From NCBI GenBank assembly GCA_904063045.1, contig CAJFCJ010000008.1:1426001-1490000 (forward strand): 64,000 bases of DNA, in the 5' to 3' direction. This document shows, in pieces, positions 23,601 through 36,347 of the stretch. Numbering within the stretch: position 1 is the stretch's first letter; the number at the start of each line of letters is the position of its first letter. Origin of the DNA: Dimorphilus gyrociliatus. Its lineage: Eukaryota; Animalia; Annelida. A model generated the notes under the pieces. That model searched no databases and was not told the DNA's origin. It saw nothing but the letters and a program-made list of their open reading frames with translations. A program made the position numbers and the translations under genes.

Positions 23601-25929
23601 TTTAGCAGCTTTTGATTAATTAACGACGTATTCTTTCTTACTTTATTATATGTGTAAATAAGTTAAGGAGCTTTGAAAAATAATGTAAAGAAAAAACGTA
23701 CATTTCTATTGTTAGGAGGCATTTGAGCTGGGGGCTCATCGTCTTCATCACTCTCCGTTGCAACAGATTTAGTTTGTGTAGGTCCTTGGGCAGCTTCCTT
23801 TTTCGATTCCTCCTGTTGAAATGTCAATTATTTTATGAATTTAATCCAAATAATAAAAAATTAATAGAATCCGTTCTTGCGTTTGATGTTAAATAAAACC
23901 GGAATGCTAGGAGTTGTGAATAGTGCAAACGTGTTAAAATTCCCTATAGGGTTGATCTATTTCCTGTAAAAAATCTACTTTACTTACACTCATTTCATTC
24001 TAAGTTCCTCGGCAAGAGGAGGCGAATTACTAGATAAATTTTAGCGTATACTTCTTTTATACCATTAGATCGACATTAAAAAAAAATAAATTAGATATAA
24101 TAGATAAAAGTATTTGATTTACAAAAGTATAGTGGTCTTCTACAAAACTATGAAGTTATTAGCGAAGAATACCACGCTTGTACAAGCATTTTTTTAGTAA
24201 AATGTAACTGTTGAAGGCATATGTCAGACTTCATTAATTTCTAACATTTTGTTAACTTCATAGGAAGTTTAAGTTTACTCCTTGATAAGGTTACCTATAC
24301 TTTTTTAAGCTATCGGAAATATTGTCATCAAAATAAATAGAATTATCAAAAGGTTCCGTAGCAGTATTTTTTACTTTAATTTTACTTGAGATTATAGATA
24401 ATCTTTAAAGTTTTTTTTTATTTCTTCAACAAGTTTCAGCTCTTATTTACCCAATTAGACACTCTTCATCCTAGCAGAAATAATTAAACAAAATGGGTGA
24501 GAAAGGAAAGAGTTATGTACATAGTTGGCGGCCGAAAAAAACATAACACTTTGAAGAGATTGTTAGCTTAGATATAAAAACAGGCTTGAGCAAAATTTAT
24601 TGTTATTTTTTGTAAAAAATGAAGAATAAAAAATTTATCTTTTTTTACATGATTTTCATTACTGAAAACGTTTGACAAAGAAGATGATGTATATTAATTG
24701 GATGGTACAAGTTTTTCTCGAGTAGATTGTCGGTTTATCGAAAGTGAAAGATTGTTAAAATAATGCTGACCTTCACCAAACTTGTTTTTATTTTTAGATG
24801 GATGGAGAAATATATAAGAACCGATGTTAAGTGCATATAAAGTACAATTTAGGCCATAAGTCCTTCAATAACATTTACCAAAATGTCCATTAGAAAAATT
24901 TTATTTGACAACAGACTTTCTTCTGGTCTTGAACTTATTTCATTTATTTACTTTTATCCTTCCATATCTTTTTACATATGTTGTCGATCTGTTTTCACAT
25001 ATATCCGTTCTTTTCATTTCTTTTTACATTTAAACCCTTCTAAAGACAGGTAATAATTCAAATGGACTGGTGTAGTGAATAATATCATTTATTGATAGTT
25101 ATTAATCTTTCAAAGCAAGTTTTCGACCAGATTATCAAAAGGCTGACAGTATCGAATGTTAGACTGTGAATATCCATTAAACTAACAATATTAAAATCAG
25201 AAAAGAAAAGAGCAAGTCTTAGAGAGAATTAACCAAAGAGCAATCCAGTGGAATCATCTTGCTTTTTATGATAGATCCTTGTTACTAGATTTTATAACCT
25301 CATTAACCGCAAACAACCATCGTAATTCGATGAGGTGTAGCTTTTTATATGTTCTACTAACATTTGAACTTTACTAAAGCTAATATGTTAGGAATGCTAA
25401 GTTGGTTTTATAGGCCTTCGATAAGTTACTAGTTTCTCTTAAAGTATTATGGCGTATAGGAATTTTTGCTGTCATGACAACGAACATATGCACCTGATCG
25501 TTAGGGCGACTTGGGTGCATATATATTTTAATTAATTTATCTTACATTTTTTTAAGTGAGCAGTTAAATGCTTAGTGATTAGCCTATAGATTGTCAGACA
25601 TATTAAAGGATACTTTTGAGCTTGATTCGAAACTTGAGGAGAAAATGTGAACTATTGAATATAAAAGGCGCAAAGTCAATAATCATTCAATAAAACAAAT
25701 AGGATTATAACTGGCACCACCTCGCGGATTTTATACAAACTAGATAGAAAAAATGTTTAACAACCTTTTCTAACCTTTCAAAGTACTCTTTGAGAAAAGT
25801 ATGTGGCTTCTCTGGTCGACTTAAACATAACTGAATTATGCAGTCTTTTAAAACCTGTTGAATTTGATGTTTTTTCACGTAGCTTTCAACTTCTCGGAGG
25901 TTGTAGTCGTCTTCACCCACTCCAGCCAT
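20635..25929 (-). CDS. PRKAR1A: cAMP-dependent protein kinase type I regulatory subunit, 9 coding exons, 381 aa
   Basis: Exons 25765-25929, 23702-23812, 23083-23154, 22859-22950, 22736-22797, 22554-22600, 22335-22493, 22114-22260, 20635-20925, all GT-AG and in frame. RI D/D domain ([19 protein letters not shown]), pseudosubstrate RRGAVS (Ala = type I), two PBC motifs [15 protein letters not shown] and [15 protein letters not shown]. Confidence 0.97.
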
Positions 25930-26187
25930 TTTTGACACTTGTAATCTACGCATTTATACATAAAATAGCTGGAACTACTTTTAGCGTCTTTTGTAAAAGG
26001 CTTTGTAACTTGCCATTTTCATCAAAAACGTAACCAATCAAAAAGCTCGTTGCTTCCTTTGAAATATGTATTTCCCGCATAGACAGATGGCGCTCTCGTA
26101 GCAATAGCATCAAGAGCGACATCTGACACCTACCCATCTAAACACCCTGCTATTGATTGTTCTAACCTGACCTCCATGTTCCTGATA

Positions 26188-26226
26188 TGACGTATATAAA
26201 CTATAACTTGCTATATTCTATCAGTT
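26188..26226 (+). promoter_or_regulatory. Core promoter in the PRKAR1/ABCG divergent gap: CRE-like TGACGT, TATA box and Inr
   Basis: TGACGT 26188-26193, TATATAAA 26193-26200, TCAGTT 26221-26226 (Inr A is 30 nt after the TATA start), then donor GTAAGG at 26241 and acceptor CAG at 26305-26307 (a 67-nt 5'UTR intron). Confidence 0.55.
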
Positions 26227-26358
26227 ACCCTCGAGAATTAGGTAAGGATACGCAAGAATTATTAAAGTGTTGTAAATAACCGGATTGATTCACTGTTATT
26301 CCTACAGACAAACTTTTTAAATATTTTTTAAAGTTTCGCAATAATTTTCAATTCGAAA

Positions 26359-29125
26359 ATGTCAATATTAGGAGCTCGAAAAATTAATGTTATGGAAAGC
26401 GATACTATTGCTGAAGGATCTGTTATTAGTTTTCATGATATAAACTATGTTGTTGAGACGAGAAAATTTCCCTTTTCCAAGCCTACTAAAAAAGTTGTGC
26501 TAGAAAATATGACGTGAGTTTGACTTGTTCAATTGTATTATGATGCTTATATACACTATCTCTCTGTTTATAGTGGATGTTTCAAGCCGGGATTGAATGC
26601 AATCTTAGGACCAACTGGAGGTGGAAAATCATCGTAAGTTCGTTCTATTTAATCCTTAATTTTTTACATCAAAACGTCAGTTAAAAGACCAGAGAAAATA
26701 AGTAATAAAAAATTGGCAGCTCATTGGAAATTTTTATGACGTATTTTTCCACGAAAAAACAAACGAAACTAAAATTTTTATTCTGTTTTAACTCTTGACA
26801 TGACTTATGTCCCACTTCTATTCGTTTGCTTTATTATCATTTATTGTTTGGATCTATTCACAGATTATTAGACGTTTTGGCTGGCAGAAAAGAGAAAACA
26901 GGACTAACAGGAAATATTTTAATTGATGGATTGGAACAACCAGATAATTTTAAATGCATGTCTGGTTATGTTGTTCAAGATGATATTATCATGGGAACAC
27001 TTACTGTTCGTGAAAACTTAATGTTTTCTGCCAATTTGCGCTTACCAAAAACAACTCCAGATAAACAGAAGGCAGAACGCGTCAATGGAGTAATGGAAGA
27101 TTTAAACATTACCCATGTTGCTGACTCTAAAGTTGGAACCCAGTTCACAAGAGGTATTTCAGGAGGAGAAAGAAAGAGAACTAATATTGGAATGGAGTTG
27201 ATTGTCAATTCATCAATATTATTCTTGGATGAGCCAACAACTGGTCTAGATGCTAGCACTGCTAATACAGTTCTAGAGCTCCTTCATAATATTTCTAGAA
27301 AAGGAAAAACGATAATCTTTTCCATTCATCAACCACGGTTCTCTATTTTCAAACTATTTGATAGGATGATGCTTTTAAGCAAAGGATTGCCAGTTTATCA
27401 TGGACCGTCTTCAGAAGCTGCTCTATATTTTGCTGATATAGGATATCAATGTGAACCAATGAATAATCCCCCCGATTTCTTTTTAGATGTCATAATAGGT
27501 GATAGTACAACGGTATCAAGCGTAGAAAGTAATTATTAATATGAATATATTACATGTAAAACAATAGCGAATTTTTTTTCAAAGATGGGTCAGCTGTGGC
27601 GAGTGGGACATCGAAAGATCCAGAGGCGGTAACGGTTGATTATAGGGCACGCTCAATCATTTTCAACAATAAGTACCTAAATTCTACATGGGCTCAAAAG
27701 TATAAATTTATATTGGACAACATTTAGTTTAAGTATTAATTAATATATTTTTATATTATTATCAGAGTTAGAGAAGAAACTTCAGACATATTCACAGAAT
27801 ACAAAAAGAAGAAAGATAGCGGTCAAAAGACGAAATTACAAAGTATCGACTTCGCAACTGGATTTTTAACTCAAATTTATTACTTAAGCCAAAGAGCATT
27901 AAAAAATGTTGTTAGAGACTTGGCAGCAGCTGTAATGCAAATGGTAGTTATGACTATTTTTGCCTTATTAATCGGAGCAATTTTCTTCGATCTACCTAAG
28001 GATGAAGTTAAAGGCGTACAAAACAGGTAATTATATATATTTATCATAACCATAGATATATAAAGTTCATTATTACTTCTAGAGTTGGAGCCTTCTTCTT
28101 CTTTGTCATGACGCAAGCTTTTATCAATTTCTCCGCCATTGAGATATTTATTCGAGAAAGAGTAATTTTTCAGTAAGCAAATCTTTGTTCAAACAAAAAA
28201 TGGTATAATGTTAACAAGCGATTTGTTGTTAGGCACGAAAATGTTAGCGGCTTTTATAGAACATCATCTTATTTCCTTTCAAAGGTTTTCTGTGATCTCT
28301 TGCCTTTGAGAGCCCTTCCCCTTATTGTATTTGCTCTAATCGTTTATTATATGCTTGGTAAGCTTTTATTTTAAATTTATTGATATAAATGATAAGTTTA
28401 ACTAACATGTAGATAGATATTTATTAATTTATATTAATATATATATAAATGTATATATATATATGTATATTTATAGGATTGGAAGACACTGCTGGAAAAT
28501 TTTTCTTTTTTCTTCTAACTCTCTACCTTACATCAGTTTCTTGCTGTGCCATATGTTTGGCAATGAGCGCCACTTTTGAAACTCTGGCTATTGCTAATAT
28601 AGCAACCTCTCTGATTTTTGTTATTATGACAGTAAGCTATGACAGTCCTCAACTTCATTTCTGAGGGATAATATTTTGTTTTGAAAATTAGCTCTTTAGC
28701 GGTATGTTGGCGAATATAGAATCGATTGCTGATTGGCTAGAATGGTTGAAATATTTCTCTCTAATGAGATTTTGTCTTCAGGTAATAGATAATTAATAAT
28801 TTTAATGACAAAACTAAATAATCATACTATTCTGAAAAATACTTTAGGGTCTATTAATAAATGAGTTCGAAGGTCAATATTACACAAAGAATGAAAATGG
28901 AACTGATGTGTTGTAAGTTGATAATTTTTTTAGATAAAAAATCGGACAATCTAAAACAAATTTTTCACAAGGACGAAAGCTGGAGAATCATACCTTAAAG
29001 AACAAGAAATAGATTTTGGAACAGATTGGAATAGATGGGTAAACATCGTTGCTCTTGCTTCAATTTCTGTAGGCTATTTTACAATCGGATATATTCAACT
29101 ACGAAGAATGAAAAAATTAAAATAA
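26359..29125 (+). CDS. ABCG2: ABCG2/BCRP-like half transporter, copy 1, 11 exons, 644 aa
   Basis: Exons 26359-26513, 26574-26633, 26864-27528, 27585-27699, 27766-28026, 28083-28172, 28233-28357, 28477-28631, 28692-28781, 28848-28912, 28972-29125. Walker A GPTGGGKSS, signature ISGGERKR, Walker B LFLDEPTTGLD, SIHQPR, NPPDFFLD, TMD with DLLPLR, C-terminal QLRRMKK. Confidence 0.95.
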
Positions 29126-29963
29126 ATTATTTTATTTTTAAATTTTGTCTTGTTTTTACTGTATCAGAATTCTCGTTGTTCCTAAATACTCGTTAGGATA
29201 TATGTATAAATTTATATATATTGAGTCGGAAAGGTACTTTTACTCTGTAAATATTTAGAAACTGTCGATCTTGTAATACTTTATGCATCCATGTAGATGG
29301 CTACTTAAGTACCCTTAAGTTTTAAAAGATGTCACCGATGTTAATATAAAATTGATAAAATAAAACTTTTATTTTAAATTACAAATAAACTACACTGTTT
29401 AATTACCTTGATTAAATAGCTCTTATTTAAATATAAAAACTATTTCAGAAAGAGCCTATAGATGGCATTTTTAACTGATTGAGATAAAAAAAATAGACAT
29501 TTTTGCTTTTATTGTAACTTTTATTGGATACTGCGCAATATAATACGTTGAACTTAGAAGAATGAAGAAATTGAAGTAAATTAATTTCTGTTGTTAATTT
29601 ATATTATATTCATTAGCTATTTTTTCATTAGATAATTTTTACAGAAATTTTGTCGTCTAATTATCTATTTACTTGCAGTCACATTTTTATTTCTATGAAA
29701 AACGAAAAAGTATGGTTTCTTTTTTTAGAAAATAGATGGCACTTTCGACAGAATTTGTAATGGCGCCTTTAGTCATAAAGAACCCTGCCTTGGAAAGGTA
29801 ACTATAAAGCTACTTAAGGAACATTGGTAAAGGTGATGATTGCCTTTAAAATATTCAACAGTACTAGTTTTTACAAAAAGAAGAATATAATTTTCAATTT
29901 TAGAGAGAAATTCATACCAATCCTTTGCTATATTTACGAAATATTTGCCAAGTCTTCCAAACT

Positions 29964-32924
29964 ATGACCGCAAACACTTTTCAAATGAGCCACATAGGAG
30001 AGACACATACAGATGATGTGGACCTTAAAGGTGCCATTATAAGCTTTCATAATATCAATTACACCGTTGATGTTAAATCAAAGCTTTGCTCCAAACCAAG
30101 AAAGAAGATAGTACTCGAGAACATGACGTATGACCTATTTATTACACTTAAATTAAGAGTACTATACCAATATGAGATTTTTTACAGAGGGCTTTTCAAA
30201 CCTGGTCTTAATGCTATTTTGGGACCAACCGGAGGTGGAAAATCATCGTGAGTAACTTAAATCACTTTTTATCATTTTTATTTATTTATAAATGATATTT
30301 ATTCTTATTGTCGGTTAATGCCCCAATCATATCCTCTCAGCTACATTGTGATACATTTTTAAATGTAAAGTAAACAGCGGTTTTATGTATTAATACTCGA
30401 CAGGCTTTTGGATGTTCTGGCGGGTAGAAAAGCAAAAGAAGGTCTCAGTGGAACGATTCTGGTTGATGGAAATTTGCAACCTGATAACTTTAAATGTATG
30501 TCTGGTTATGTTGTTCAAGATGATGTCATTATGGGAACACTTACTGTTGAAGAGAATCTTATGTTTTCCGCAAATTTACGATTATCAAAGTCGATCTCAG
30601 AGAATGACAAAAAAAAAAGGGTTACCGAAGCTATGGAGGAACTTGGAATTTTACATGTTGCTAAATCTAAAGTTGGTACTCAATTTATTCGAGGTATATC
30701 CGGTGGCGAACGTAAAAGAACAAATATTGGAATGGAACTGATCGTAAATTCAAGTGTTCTTTTTCTTGACGAACCAACAACTGGTTTGGACGCAAATACG
30801 GCTAATACAGTTCTTAGACTTCTCCACAGATTGTCAAGAAAAGGCAGAACTATTATATTTTCCATACATCAGCCAAGATACTCCATATTCAAACTCTTTG
30901 ATAGAATGATGTTGTTAAGCAAAGGTCTGCCTGTTTATCACGGACCAGCAAGCGAAGCATGCGATTACTTCGCAAAAATAGGATACCTTTGTGAAAGCTT
31001 GAATAATCCACCCGATTTCTTTTTAGATGTTATCAATGGAGATGATGATATTGTTAATGAAAAAGAGAGTAAGTCCAATCTTTAAGTATTTTTGTTACCT
31101 TAATTACTTTTTCTAAACGATTATGCAGTTCAGAATGGAAACTGTGAAAATGAGGTAGGCAGTCACATTGATGATATAGACTATGAATCTGACAGAGAAA
31201 AAGGATCTGCTTCAATTGATAGTAGAACACGGGCTAAAATATTATATGAAAAATTTAGGGTTTCCAATTGGTCAAAAGAGTGAGTATTTTATTTGAATAT
31301 TTCCGTTGTAGACAGCAAACGACAAATGTATTCTATACAAAATTGACTCAAATAGTTCGATATAGTTTAATGGGTCATTGTATGATGAAATATCTGTCAT
31401 ATCAAGAAATAAACACACCTAGATTTTACTTAAATATAAGTAATGCAAAAATAAGTAATATGTTTATTGTTTTAAAGCTTAATAACATAAGACTATTTTG
31501 ACAGAGGTTATAAATGATTTCTTATTGTCTCTTTTTCAGTGTGGAAAATGAAACAAGTATAATTTATGACAATTTTAATAAAAGACAGAGGTCTGGTGAA
31601 ATTGTCAAACAACCTAGCGTTGAATATGTTACAAATTTTTTTGTACAATTCAATTATTTATCTAGAAGAGCAATTGTTAATATTATAAGAGATCCAGCTG
31701 CTGCTTTAATGCAAGCAATTATTATGGCTTTTGTTGCACTAGTTATTGGAGCCATCTACTTCAACATTCCGAGAGATTCTGATAAAGGAGTTAGAAATAG
31801 GTTATTTATAGTATAATTATATTTGAAAAAGAATTAGATTAATATTAAAACTCTTATAATCTTTTCTCTTTATATTCAATTTTAAACAGCGTTGGGGCTT
31901 TTTTCTTTTTCGCAATGAACCAATCTTTTGGAAGTTTATCTGCTTTAGAACTGTTCATAAAAGAAAGAGTTATATTCAGGTAAGCTGCTTCTGCACAAAA
32001 TACTTTTCATTGGATTTTGATGTTTAATATGGAAGTGTTGAATTTCTTTTAGACATGAAAATGTTAGTGGCTTTTACAGATGTTCCTCGTACTATTTATC
32101 AAAAATTACTTGTGATTTACTACCAATTAGGATTGTTCCTTTGCTGGTATTCTGCGTAATTACATATTGGATGTTGGGTAAAAACATACATATATATAAT
32201 ATATATACTAATGAAATATACAGTATATATTTACTTTTGGAAATTCGACTTTTCAGATTTTCAACACGATGCAGGAAAATTTTTCTTCTTCTTCTTAACA
32301 CTGTACTGTACGACCACATGCGCTTGTGCAATAGCATTCGTATATAGCGCTACTTTCGAATCCTTTGCCATTGCAAATTTATCTACAACAATGACTTTTG
32401 TCGTCATGATGGTATTTTTAATCGTATTCATTTTAAAGCTTTGCTTTGCTAGTTTTTCGCATTTTTTTCAGCTATTTAGTGGTATTATGGTTGATTTAGG
32501 TTCTATTGGAGATTGGTTGGAATGGATGAAATATTTTTCTCTTATGAGATATTGTATAGCTGTAAATAACTTGTTATTCTTAATGTAAAAAAAATTAAGT
32601 TTAAATGGTTTCTTTTTGTTTTAAAAAATTTAGGGTTTAGCAATAAATGAACTAAAAGGATTGGACTTTTACGATACCCATGCAAATGGAACAAAAATAT
32701 GGTAATAAAAATTGCTTTGGAAGAAAAAACTTTACTTAAACAGGCATTAACATATTATTTTTATTTCTAGGTCTAAAGCGGGAGAGAGGTTCTTCCAAGA
32801 CATGGGTATTGATTATGAAACTCTTTGGGACAAATGGGTCAACATTGTAGCCCTTGTCAGCATGAGTTTCGGATATTTCACACTGGGATATATTCAATTA
32901 AGAAGAATGAAGAAGTTAAAATAG
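29964..32924 (+). CDS. ABCG2: ABCG2/BCRP-like half transporter, copy 2, 11 exons, ~660 aa
   Basis: Exons 29964-30127, 30188-30247, 30404-31068, 31129-31279, 31540-31800, 31890-31979, 32053-32177, 32257-32411, 32472-32561, 32634-32701, 32771-32924. Same intron positions and phases as copy 1, all NBD motifs intact. Start Met uncertain (29964 or 29985). Confidence 0.93.
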
Positions 32925-33610
32925 ACTATTTTAATTTAATATGCATTAATTTTAATTTAATATTCTTTGATTTTAATTTTTTTTGTTTATAATAATTTTA
33001 CTAAAACATTGCATCTGTTTTATCTTACAATCAAGACCAGTAAACTTGTGGTTTTTTAAACCTTACCTTTTGTAGATATTACTATTGAGCAATTTTCAAA
33101 CTGTAAGTTTTTCTCTGTATTTTTCCATTACATAAAATGAATTAATTGATAAAATATCTACGAGAGTATATATTTTACCATAGGTATAATAATTGTATTT
33201 TTGGAATTTTAGTACGAATTTTTTTATCATGTCTCCTCCTCTCTGTTTTATTAGTTATTTCTTATCATTATACCAAATGTATTTCTTTCTATATATATAA
33301 AAATATAAAAATTAATATTTTACAATCATTTACTTTGAACAAATTAATGTGAATATATACTCTTAAAGGAATAAGATTATAAAAATTATATAAGTAGAAG
33401 CTTCTTTTAAATTAAATTTTGGTATACACTTACTATAATTAAAAGTGGAAAATTTGAAGAATGGTAACATATCATTCCTTAAGAATTTTCACACAGATGG
33501 CAGCAGCAATATCACTTTTTAAAGCATACCTTTTTAACGATTGTGTCTCACCTACATGTTCTGAAACTTTCAATGAATTAGTTTAAAAATTTATCAGAAC
33601 ATATAGGTGA

Positions 33611-33990
33611 AACACAATGGTATAAATACTTTTGAAGAAAACACATTACTTAAACAGGTATTAACATATTATTTTTATTTTAAGGTCTAAAGGTTCTTCT
33701 AAGATACTGGTATTGATTATGAAACTCTTTGGGACAAACAGATCAACATTGTAGCCCTTATGAGCATAAGTTTCGGATATCTCACACAGGAATGTATTCA
33801 ATTAAAAAGAATGAAGAAGTTAAAATAGACTATTTTAATTTAATATGCATTAATTTTAATCTTTATTTATTATTTCTTATAATTAAACCAAATGTATACT
33901 TCTTTTTTCCTATTTAAAAATGTAGCAATCTACATTTAACAATCATTTCATTTTAACAAATTAATGAGAATATACAGTATACTCTAAAGA
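33611..33990 (+). pseudogene. Orphan duplicated 3' end of ABCG copy 2 (end of exon 10, intron 10, last exon, 3'UTR), frameshifted
   Basis: Near-copy of ~32690-32960 (e.g. GGTATTGATTATGAAACTCTTTGGGACAAA; AAGAAGTTAAAATAGACTATTTTAATTTAATATGCATTAATTTTAAT), followed by a match to ~33325-33370, with small deletions and substitutions. Confidence 0.85.
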
Positions 33991-34281
33991 AATGCACACT
34001 TATATAAAAGACATTATTGGCCGGCTTTTTTTAAGTTTACAATATAATTTGAACTTCTATAATATTACCGCTCATTTCCTTATCAGCAGTAAATGTTTAA
34101 AGATATCCTATTTTCGGTAGAAAAATTTTTAGACTTCAATATAATTGGTGCTGATATATAGAGCACGTTTATAAGAAATTCCAGACGCTAATTAGATATT
34201 ATTCTAATGGTATCGAGTCATACATAGGCTAAGTTTTATTCCATATAAATATTCATCGTGTTTCTCCCAAATATTCTGAAA

Positions 34282-36025
34282 GGCGGTGGCAAATCATCGT
34301 AAGTATTGTTTAAATAAATACAAGACATGTTTGTAAATGGAGTTGATCAGTGCACTAGAATATAAATATGATTTCATCTATTTTTTAAATATATATTTTG
34401 ATCATTTCTGGATACTACACCCACAGGCTTCTAGACGTTCTTCCAGGGAGAAAAGAAAAGAAGGGCTTAACTGGAAAAATTTTGATTGATGGTAAGGAGC
34501 AGCCAGATAATTTTAAAAGTATGTCTGGATATGTTGTGCAAGACGATGTGATTATAGGAACGCTTACTGTTAAGGAAAATCTTATGTTTTCTACAAGTTT
34601 AAGATTTTCAAAAACAATTCCTCACAAAGAAAGAGTTGGCACGCAATTTATCCGAGGAGTTTCTGCTATCATATCAATATATTCTGCTATATATAAACCA
34701 GGATATTCAATATTAAAGCTCTTTGACCGACTGATGATTCTAAGTAAGTGATTGGCTCTTTATCACGGCCCAGCCAGTACAACGTCGATTATTTTGCTGA
34801 AATTGGCTATCCATGTGAAAATTTACCGAGTATTGATTTTACAACTGGATTTTTAACTCAATTTAATTACTTGTTAAGAAAGGCATTTACTAATATTGTG
34901 AGAAATCCGGCAGCAGCAACAATGCAGGGATTTGTAATGTCTGCATTTGCATAATTGCAATTGTTGCAATTTACTTTGATTTAGCCGATAATAGCATAGG
35001 AGGTGTAGAAAATAGGTTTGAAAATTTTTTTCACTGAAATCACAGGATATTTATTAAAAAAATTCCCTTATGTTATCCAGAGTTGGCGCTTTTTTCTTTT
35101 TCGCCTTGAATCAAGCGTTTGTTAATTTATCAGCGCTAGAACTTTTAATTAGAAAACATATTATTTTTAAGTAAGTATTACATTACTCCTACCCAAAATC
35201 CTGTTATCATATAATTTTCTTCATAGTCTTAAGACATGAAAATGTTAGCGGCTTCTACAGATGTTCGGCTTATTATTTTTCAAAAATAATCTGCTGTTTG
35301 CTACCAGTGAGCTTTGCATTGATTGTTTTCAGTATCATAGTATATTGAATGCTTGGTAAAAATCTGAGAAGCAACTGTTGGATTCTAATCTGAACATATA
35401 CATATTTTACTTTTTTTTCCATAGATTCTGATGCTGGAAAGTTTTTTCTTCTTACTTACCCCTTTTTGTATTACTATTGCCGTGTGCGCCATCTGCTTTG
35501 TATTCAATGCAACTTTTGAAACTTTTGCCTTTGCGAATATTGCGAGTGCAATGTCCTTTGTTATAATAATGGTATGACAAGCACTCTTTCCATTTAGATT
35601 TACATTATCTGTCTCATTTCTTGTTTTAATGTATAGAGCTATTCAGTGAAATGCTTGTAAAGCTTGATTCTATTGGTAATTTGCTGAAATAAGTCAAATA
35701 TCTATCACTCATGAGATATTGTTTAGCGGTTAGTTTTAATATATTGGCAAAAGTTTCATGATATTTTATTATATTATTTTTACAGGCTTTGATGATTAAC
35801 GAATTTAAAGTACTCGAATTTAAGAATGGTACTAGTGAAAAGTAACAGATAAAAATTAATTAAAACGTTGTGTAATTCCCGTAACCTTTCAACTTTAGGG
35901 TCTTAGGATATTGACTTTAAAACGGACTCGTTAAATGGGTCAATATCCTAGCTTTATGTGCAATGGCCACTGGATACTTTATTATTGGTTATCTCCAATT
36001 GAGAAGAATGAAGAAATTGAAATAA
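34282..36025 (+). pseudogene. ABCG2-like pseudogene (copy 3)
   Basis: Starts mid-exon 2 (GGGKSS plus donor). NBD lacks ~20 codons before VGTQ and ~46 codons covering GGERKR/Walker B/D-loop. GGA>TGA nonsense near 34748, frameshifts, exon 4 deleted, more in-frame stops in TMD exons. Ends QLRRMKKLK* at 36025. 3' introns retained, so it is a duplicated rather than processed pseudogene. Confidence 0.9.
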
Positions 36026-36347
36026 CTTAAACATTTGACGTTGTGTTTGATTTAAACTACAATTAGTGCATAACTTTGAACTTACTGTCAAAACACTTGT
36101 GTACAACGTTTTCAGAGTCATTTTTAAAAGACATTGCTAATATATCTTCAATATTGTTATTATTGTAAAATATATATGTCAAAGCTTTGATGTATGTATT
36201 ATTCACTATTTTTTTATTTAAATATAATACATTTATAAATATATTTTATGTCTATGTAGTATACAGGAGATACATAATTCATTAAAAATTTTATTTAGTC
36301 GAGAAAATGATATATAAAAGATTATTTAGTTACAATTTTCATACATG

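Noticed and set aside
26975-27259. Antisense ORFs over ABCG NBD exons (also 30680-30865, 38122-38352, 30412-30741)
   Set aside because: Shadow or alternate frames of conserved coding exons; they recur only because the paralogs are similar.
29736-29797. Upstream mini-exon MALSTEFVMAPLVIKNPALE with donor GTAACT before ABCG copy 2
   Set aside because: Splicing to the canonical TAG at 29901-29903 is out of frame with the CDS; at best a uORF or 5'UTR exon.
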